Of a stretch of 64,000 nucleotides of DNA, positions 58,232-64,000 are shown piece after piece (within the stretch, counting starts at the first letter, position 1; each line of letters opens with the position of its first letter). The notes beneath the pieces are model-generated. The model was not told where the DNA came from. It worked only from the letters and a program-made list of their open reading frames with translations, and did no database searches. The position numbers and the translations under genes were made by a program. Source of the DNA: Candidatus Multivoradales bacterium (GTDB lineage: Bacteria > Acidobacteriota > Thermoanaerobaculia > Multivoradales > Multivoraceae); contig CBDCWI010000001.1 in the NCBI GenBank assembly GCA_965223325.1, positions 1,152,001 through 1,216,000 on the forward strand. The letters run 5' to 3'.

Positions 58232-59431
58232 TCATGCACCATCGCCACCACCAGTGGCTGGCGCGCGCGCCGCGGCACGCAACATGGCCGCGTACTTGCG
58301 TGCCTCGTCGTGGGTCGCATCGAGCCGCAGGGCGCGCTCGACGTGATGTTTGGCCTCTTTGGTCTTGCCGACGGCCAGATAGACGCGGACCAGGCCAATG
58401 TGGACCTCGGGCAGCTCTGAGTCGGCCTTGAAGGCGCGCCGCATGTAGTCGAGGGCGGTGACGGTGTCGCCGCGCGCCAGCGCGACATCTCCTCGGTAGA
58501 TGTAGAAGAACGGACTTGCCTGTTCCTGTTCTTCGAGTCGATCGAGGACCTGGTTGGCCGCCGCGTCATCGCCGGCCTGCTGGTAGGCACGTGCCAGGTT
58601 GCTCAAGAGAGGCGTGTTGTCGGGGTGGAGCTCGAGACCTTTCTCGTAGATCGCGATCGCGCCCGCGGTGTCGCCGGTGCGCAAGCGCACGATGCCGAGG
58701 TTGTTGGCGGCCTTGTCGAAGTCTGGCGCCACGGATGTTGCGATCTCGAGCCAGGTCTTCGCCTCATCGACCTGACCGCGCATCAGGGCCTCGGCGCCGA
58801 GGTTGTTGTAGTAGTGCGCCATCGCCGCCAGGTCCGAGATCGGCTGAAAGTCGCGGTAGGACTTGGCGCGGTAGGGCAGGAAGTCGTAGGTGGCGAGTTT
58901 CCCGTCGACCCGCAAGCCCGCGACGATATGGCCGCGCGAAACCACGACTCCGTCCTGATAGTTCCAGCGCTGGTAGTCCTCGACCTCGACGTAGAAGGGA
59001 TTGAGGCGCCGCTCGCGCGCGACACCCACGAACAGGTTGACGAACGACAGGCAGTTGGCCTGACCGGTGACAAAGGCCTCCCAGGCGTTCTTCGTCGGCT
59101 GGAGCGAGTACTCGAGGCCGACGTGACCGAAGATGAAGTCGAGCACCGCATCCCGGCGCCGGTCTTCTCCACCGGCCAGCGGCACCCTCCCCTCCATTTC
59201 TTCGAGGACCTGCGGCTGGAGCGCGAACGGGACCTCGAACAGGTGGTGATACTCGGGGGCGACGCGCTGCCGGAACTGGTCTTCGAGACCCGGAGCGTCA
59301 TCGAAAGTCTGGAGCTCGGCGCAGCTAAAGAGCGTTGTGGCCGCGATGAGAAGAGCGGTGAATAGGCCAGGCCGCCCACCTCGGCGGTCAGAGTAGCCGT
59401 CTGGCGGCTGCGTGAGCGGGTGCAGCTTCAT
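58232..59431 (-). CDS. Transglutaminase-like domain plus TPR repeat (lipo)protein
   Basis: LFSC lipobox-like; QANCLSFVNLFVGVAR, GHIVAG, TYDF; TPR motifs YYNNLGAEAL, AANNLGIV, LLSNLARAY. Confidence 0.75.
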   Translation of the reverse strand: MKLHPLTQPPDGYSDRRGGRPGLFTALLIAATTLFSCAELQTFDDAPGLEDQFRQRVAPEYHHLFEVPFALQPQVLEEMEGRVPLAGGEDRRRDAVLDFIFGHVGLEYSLQPTKNAWEAFVTGQANCLSFVNLFVGVARERRLNPFYVEVEDYQRWNYQDGVVVSRGHIVAGLRVDGKLATYDFLPYRAKSYRDFQPISDLAAMAHYYNNLGAEALMRGQVDEAKTWLEIATSVAPDFDKAANNLGIVRLRTGDTAGAIAIYEKGLELHPDNTPLLSNLARAYQQAGDDAAANQVLDRLEEQEQASPFFYIYRGDVALARGDTVTALDYMRRAFKADSELPEVHIGLVRVYLAVGKTKEAKHHVERALRLDATHDEARKYAAMLRAAARAPATGGGDGA

Positions 59432-59747
59432 TCAGTTCTCCCAGGAGCAGATTGTCGACACTTCCTATGCACCCCTGATACCGGACCCGCGGCACCGGGG
59501 GGTCGTACCGCCAGATCGTAAGGGGAGCCGCGGCCGCCGGCGAACTCGCGAGGTCTCAAGACCGCTACGTTTCCTAGACATACGAGCTATACGCCTTTCG
59601 TCTCCTTCAAGGTCTTGGAGAAATCCTCAATCATTTGAATTCAGACGCGAGGTTCGCCACCTCAGAGACGAGACCAGAAACAACCGATCCCCTTTTGATC
59701 CCCAAAAACGGGGCGTTCGCCCCTCATCCCACTTTCTCGGCCGTTCG

Positions 59748-59763
59748 TGGCATCAAGGTTGCT
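59748..59763 (+). promoter_or_regulatory. Putative sigma54 (-24/-12) promoter of the TonB receptor
   Basis: TGGCATCAAGGTTGCT: GG-N10-GC with TGGCA and TTGCT flanks. Confidence 0.65.
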
Positions 59764-59962
59764 CTCCATCCCGGCAAGAATTCGTGGGACAACTGAAGGT
59801 CGTCCCGTTCACCGACGGGGGGAATCGCTCGAACGAGGTAGCAGCTCACTGGAATTCGTGGAAATCGGAGCCACCTGGCACCCTGACCACGGCCTTCCTG
59901 AGCCAGGTACCAAAGGGCGTTCACCACCCCACAAACCCAATTGAAGGGGAGTTGCTTCAAAC

Positions 59963-62881
59963 ATGAAGAACACTACCTACTGGCGTAAGGCAGCGATTTT
60001 CGTTGCCGCGCTCTTCCTCCTCTCCGGAGTGGCCTTCGCGCAGGCGACGGGCAACATCTTCGTTGAGGTCATGGACTCTGATGGCGGCGCGCTTCCGGGC
60101 GTCACCGTCGTCGTTTCCGGTATCGGCGCCGACAAGACGCAGATCACCGACGCAAACGGTACCGCTCGCTTCCTCAACCTCGATCCGGGCGCCTATGCCG
60201 TCACCGGCGAGCTAGAGGGCTTCGGTGCGGTCGACTTCCCCGGCGTTCAGGTCGGCGTTGGTCGTAACACCGAGATCAACCTCAGCATGAACCCGGCGGT
60301 CGAAGAAACCATCACGGTTACCTCCGAGACCCCGCTCCTGGATGAGCGCAAGCTCTCCTCAGGCACCAGCGTCACCCAGGTCGAGCTCGAGAAGATCCCG
60401 ACTGCCCGTGACCCGTGGTCGCTCCTGTCGCAGACGCCTGGCGTGCTCGTCGATCGCGTCAACGTCGGCGGTTCTGAGTCCGGTCAGCAGTCGACCTTCC
60501 GCGCCCAGGGCGTGTCGGGCAACCAGAACGACTTCCAGGTCGATGGTCAGTCGATCACCGATATGGCAGCCACCGGCGCCTCGCCGACCTACTACGACTT
60601 CGATCAGTTCGCCGAGATGTCCTTCACCACCGGTGGAACCGACGCCTCCAAGAACAGCGCCGGCGTCCAGGTCAACCTGGTCACCAAGCGCGGCACCAAC
60701 GAGTTCCGTGGCTCCGGCCGCTTCTACTCGACCAAGGCCGGTGGTTACTTCGGCGGCGGTCTCAAGCAGTCCCAGGCCGATCTCACCAGCGAGCTCTACG
60801 CTGGCAACCCGAACGGCGCCCAGACGTCGCTCGCCGGTGCGCAGATCCGCGACATCGAAGACATCGGCTTTGAGGCCGGTGGCGCCGCGGTGCGTGACCA
60901 CTTCTGGCTGTGGGGCTCATGGGGTCAGCAGGACATCAAGCAGAACGCTGCCTCTGGTTTCCCGGATGACACCATCCTCGAGAACACCTCGATCAAGGCC
61001 AACGCTCAGTTCAACGCCGCCAACTCTGGCGTTGCATCGTTCAACAACGGTGACAAGCTGAAGTTCGGTCGCGGTGCTGGCACCACACGTCCGCCCGCAA
61101 CCACCTGGAACCAGCGTGGTCCGTCGGCGATCTATCGCGCAGAAGACACTCACGTCTTCTCCTCGAGCTTCTTCGCCACCGGTACCTACTCGCATGGCGA
61201 CTTCGGTTTCGCTCTGGCTGCCAAGGGTCACCTGCCGAGCCAGAACGGCCTCGATCCGGCAGCGCTTGATCCGCAGTTCGTTGGTGGCTCCTGGCAGGAC
61301 AACTACCTGACCGGCGCCAGCTCGCGTCCCTACGACGAGTTCAAGGTCGACACCCAGTACTTCATGACCACCGGCAACGTGAACCACGAGTTCAAGATCG
61401 GTGGCCGCTACCGCGAGTTCGAACAGAACTCCGACTTCAACTGGGGTCCCCGTAAGACCTTCCATGCAGACTGGAACGACACCGTCTACCACCTCGGCGA
61501 TACCGGCTTCGCCAACGCCGAGTACAGCTCCATCTGGGCACAGGACACCATCGCGATTGGCAAGCTGACCTTGAACGCGGGTCTGCGTTACGACAACCAG
61601 ACGGGCGACAACGAGGCCTACACGCGAGCCGCCCATCCGACGCGCCCGGACATCATCCCGGCGACGACGTTCGGTGGTGGCGATGCCGGCTTCGACTGGC
61701 AGTCGATCCTGCCGCGCCTTGGTGCGACCTACGCTTTGGGCGCTGATCGCTCAACGCTCCTTCGCGCCAGCTTCTCGCAGTTTGCGGACCAGATGGCCAC
61801 CGGCATGGTGAACCGCCTGTCCCCGTTCGGCGACATCTACGCCTACACCTACTCGGACACCGGCGAGTTCTACGCAGCCAGGGGCTTCAACCCGAACAAC
61901 CTGGCCGAGGTTGTCAATCAGAACGACCCCGGAATGGACGCTCCGGTAACCACCGAGTTCCTGGTTGGGGTCGAGCATGCGATCCTGCCTGAGCTGGTCG
62001 TCGGCGCGCAGATCACCGCTCGTAATGTCACCGACATCCTGGACTTCCGGGATCTCATCGACGACGGCAGTGGTGTCCGCGCCGCGCGCGGCTGCGCCAA
62101 CCCCGACGCCAACATCGCCATCGGTGCGAACTGCGGCGACTACCAGGTTGTCCGCCACCTCACAGGCGACGTCCCACGCACCAACACCACCTACCAGGTG
62201 CCGGTCTGGGATCTAACCTCACCGTGGAACGGTGGCTTCCTGGCCACCAACGGCGACCGTGAGCGCGACTACCTCGGATACTCGGTGACCATCACCAAGC
62301 GCCTTGCCAACCGTTGGATGGCGCGTGGTTATGTCCAGATCGGCGAGGCCGAGTGGGACGTCCCGACGTCGTATCACGTCAACAACGACCCGAACCACTT
62401 CCGTGGCGGCGGTCAGCGTGACGGTGATCTCTACGTAACCCGCTCGACTGGCTCCGGCAAGGGCGAGCGCTTCCTCCAGTCGACCTGGTCGTACAACCTC
62501 AACGGTATGTATCAGGTGTCGCCGGATCGTCCGTGGGGCTTCAACATCTCCGCGAACCTCACCGGCCGCGAAGGTCATCCGCTGATGTACTACCACCGTT
62601 CGGGGATCCAGACTGGGTCGTCGACGAACTTCAACGTAGTGCAGGGCGACTTCGACAACCTCCGTTTGGACGACGTTGAAGTCATCGACCTGCGCCTCGA
62701 GAAGGAGTTCTCACTCACCGGTCCGGTCAACATGACCTTCGGTATTGACGTGTTCAACTTGACCAACGAGAACACGGGCCTGTCGTACATCCAGCGTGCG
62801 GCGCGGTCGAACTCGGGCAACCTGGACGACAACGTGTCGCCGCGGATCTACCGCCTCGGCGTGCGTCTCGCCTGGAAGTAG
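59963..62881 (+). CDS. Oar-like TonB-dependent outer-membrane receptor with N-terminal carboxypeptidase-regulatory-like domain
   Basis: Signal peptide AFA-Q; DSDGGALPGVTV, ETITVT, IPTARDPW, VNLVTKRGTNEFRG, TLNAGLRYD, PRIYRLGVRLAW. Confidence 0.92.
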   Translation: MKNTTYWRKAAIFVAALFLLSGVAFAQATGNIFVEVMDSDGGALPGVTVVVSGIGADKTQITDANGTARFLNLDPGAYAVTGELEGFGAVDFPGVQVGVGRNTEINLSMNPAVEETITVTSETPLLDERKLSSGTSVTQVELEKIPTARDPWSLLSQTPGVLVDRVNVGGSESGQQSTFRAQGVSGNQNDFQVDGQSITDMAATGASPTYYDFDQFAEMSFTTGGTDASKNSAGVQVNLVTKRGTNEFRGSGRFYSTKAGGYFGGGLKQSQADLTSELYAGNPNGAQTSLAGAQIRDIEDIGFEAGGAAVRDHFWLWGSWGQQDIKQNAASGFPDDTILENTSIKANAQFNAANSGVASFNNGDKLKFGRGAGTTRPPATTWNQRGPSAIYRAEDTHVFSSSFFATGTYSHGDFGFALAAKGHLPSQNGLDPAALDPQFVGGSWQDNYLTGASSRPYDEFKVDTQYFMTTGNVNHEFKIGGRYREFEQNSDFNWGPRKTFHADWNDTVYHLGDTGFANAEYSSIWAQDTIAIGKLTLNAGLRYDNQTGDNEAYTRAAHPTRPDIIPATTFGGGDAGFDWQSILPRLGATYALGADRSTLLRASFSQFADQMATGMVNRLSPFGDIYAYTYSDTGEFYAARGFNPNNLAEVVNQNDPGMDAPVTTEFLVGVEHAILPELVVGAQITARNVTDILDFRDLIDDGSGVRAARGCANPDANIAIGANCGDYQVVRHLTGDVPRTNTTYQVPVWDLTSPWNGGFLATNGDRERDYLGYSVTITKRLANRWMARGYVQIGEAEWDVPTSYHVNNDPNHFRGGGQRDGDLYVTRSTGSGKGERFLQSTWSYNLNGMYQVSPDRPWGFNISANLTGREGHPLMYYHRSGIQTGSSTNFNVVQGDFDNLRLDDVEVIDLRLEKEFSLTGPVNMTFGIDVFNLTNENTGLSYIQRAARSNSGNLDDNVSPRIYRLGVRLAWK

Positions 62882-63000
62882 CTTCTGTGTGCTAGATAGC
62901 ACACAAGCTACTTCTGTCACCCCGGCAAGCGCAGCAAGCTGCGCGCCTCGGCTCGGAAACGAAGTTAGAGGCGAGTTGACGGGGAGACAGTAAGAAGATT

Positions 63001-63033
63001 GGGCCGGAGGGAAACCTCCGGCCCTTTTTCTTT
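63001..63033 (+). terminator. Intrinsic terminator 1
   Basis: GGGCCGGAGG-GAAA-CCTCCGGCCC-TTTTTCTTT. Confidence 0.92.
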
Positions 63034-63155
63034 CCCGAGTTCCTGTGGGCTGGAAGACACACAAGCTACTTCTGTCACCCCGGCAAGCGCAGCAAGCTGC
63101 GCCCTCGGCTCGGAACGAGGTTAGAGGGCGAGTAGACGGGGAGACACAGAAGATT

Positions 63156-63186
63156 GGGCCGGAGGGAACCTCCGGCCCTTTTTCTT
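63156..63186 (+). terminator. Intrinsic terminator 2
   Basis: GGGCCGGAGG-GAA-CCTCCGGCCC-TTTTTCTT. Confidence 0.9.
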
Positions 63187-63283
63187 ACTCGGGGAGTTCG
63201 CTGAGGTGCGCTCTATCATTACCATCGGAGCGTCGCTAGGTCCGAAGTCCTTCCTCGAAGCCATGAGACGGAGAACAACTCCC

Positions 63284-64000
63284 ATGACGAAGAGCTCCTG
63301 TCGCGATTGCGTCCTCAAACGGACGTTGGTCCTCATCAGTCTCATCGCGCTGGTATCGACCGCCGTCGTGTTCGGGCAGGCCACCGGCAACCTCTTCGTT
63401 GAGGTCACAGACAACGAGGGAGTCGCCCTTCCCGGCGTCTTGATCGTGGTCTCGGGTATCGGTGCGAGCAAAGCGCAGATCACCGACGCAAACGGTGCCG
63501 TTCGCATTCTCAACCTCGACCCGGGCGTTTACTCCGTCAGCGGAAAGCTAGCGGGCTTCGGAACGGTCGACCACCCCGGTGTACTGATCGGGGTTGGCCG
63601 GAACACTGCGATCAAACTGGTGCTCCAGCCGGCGGTAGATGAAACCATCACGGTCACATCAGAGACCCCACTGCTCGATGAGCGCAAGCTCTCCTCGGGC
63701 ACCAGCGTCACCCAGCTCGAGCTCGAAAAAATCCCCACCGCCCGAGACCCGTGGGCCCTCCTCTCGCAGACGCCCGGCGTCCTCGTCGACCGCGTCAATG
63801 TCGGGGGTTCGGAGTCCGGTCAACAGTCCTCGTTTCGCGCTCAGGGCGTCTCAGGCGCCGAAAACGACTTCCAGATCGATGGTCAGTCGATCACCGACAT
63901 GACAGCCACCGGGACATCGTCGACCTACTACGACTTCGACCAGTTTGCCGAGATGTCCTTCACCACTGGTGGAACCGATGCGTCCAAGAACACCGCCGGT
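63284..64000 (+). CDS. Second Oar-like TonB-dependent receptor (3' truncated; absent from the ORF track)
   Basis: GGAG RBS; manual translation MTKSSCRDCVLKRTLVLISLIALVSTAVVFGQATGNLFVEV...ETITVTSETPLLDERKLSSGTSVTQLELEKIPTARDPW, close paralogue of 59963-62881. Confidence 0.9.
   Translation, partial: MTKSSCRDCVLKRTLVLISLIALVSTAVVFGQATGNLFVEVTDNEGVALPGVLIVVSGIGASKAQITDANGAVRILNLDPGVYSVSGKLAGFGTVDHPGVLIGVGRNTAIKLVLQPAVDETITVTSETPLLDERKLSSGTSVTQLELEKIPTARDPWALLSQTPGVLVDRVNVGGSESGQQSSFRAQGVSGAENDFQIDGQSITDMTATGTSSTYYDFDQFAEMSFTTGGTDASKNTAG

Larger units (their letters stand above)
62878..63186 (+). repeat. Tandem pair of ~158-bp structured units, each ending in a terminator (candidate ncRNA)
   Basis: ACACAAGCTACTTCTGTCACCCCGGCAAGCGCAGCAAGCTGCGC at 62901 and 63059. 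Confidence 0.9.

Noticed and set aside
59412-59966. 184-aa ORF filling the divergent intergenic region
   Set aside because: No motif, atypical composition, and it coincides with promoter and leader signals.
62901-63186. tRNA, hammerhead or known riboswitch call for the tandem units
   Set aside because: No T-loop GTTC or CCA end, no CTGATGA/GAAA core, and the position is 3' of a gene with a constitutive-looking terminator.

Overview
GC-rich bacterial chromosomal window, gene-dense, with no rRNA, tRNA, CRISPR array, integrase or transposase that I can see. The gene content (several Acidobacteria-type VWA proteins, Oar-like TonB-dependent receptors, carboxypeptidase-regulatory-repeat proteins, C-terminal LFxDxFESGxxxAW tails) suggests Acidobacteriota, possibly Thermoanaerobaculia; this is inference only. 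About 47 CDS: many secreted or periplasmic hydrolases (1-33 kb), a molybdenum hydroxylase SLM + cyclase + amidase operon facing NCS1/NCS2 nucleobase permeases (33-42 kb), and VWA/TPR/TonB-receptor genes (42-64 kb) interrupted by a ~6.8 kb accessory block bounded by two toxin-antitoxin-like pairs. The most unusual signals are non-coding or sub-genic: (i) a duplicated ~235 bp structured element downstream of vapC whose 23-bp closing stem pairs fully only on the minus strand, (ii) a tandem pair of structured ~155 bp units, each ending in its own terminator, between two TonB receptor paralogues, (iii) a 61-bp tandem repeat that triplicates a start codon into all three frames, and (iv) a shared C-terminal motif on two unrelated exported proteins that may be a sorting signal. 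All product calls come from motif recognition by eye, not database searches, and several start codons were re-chosen from the ORF track.
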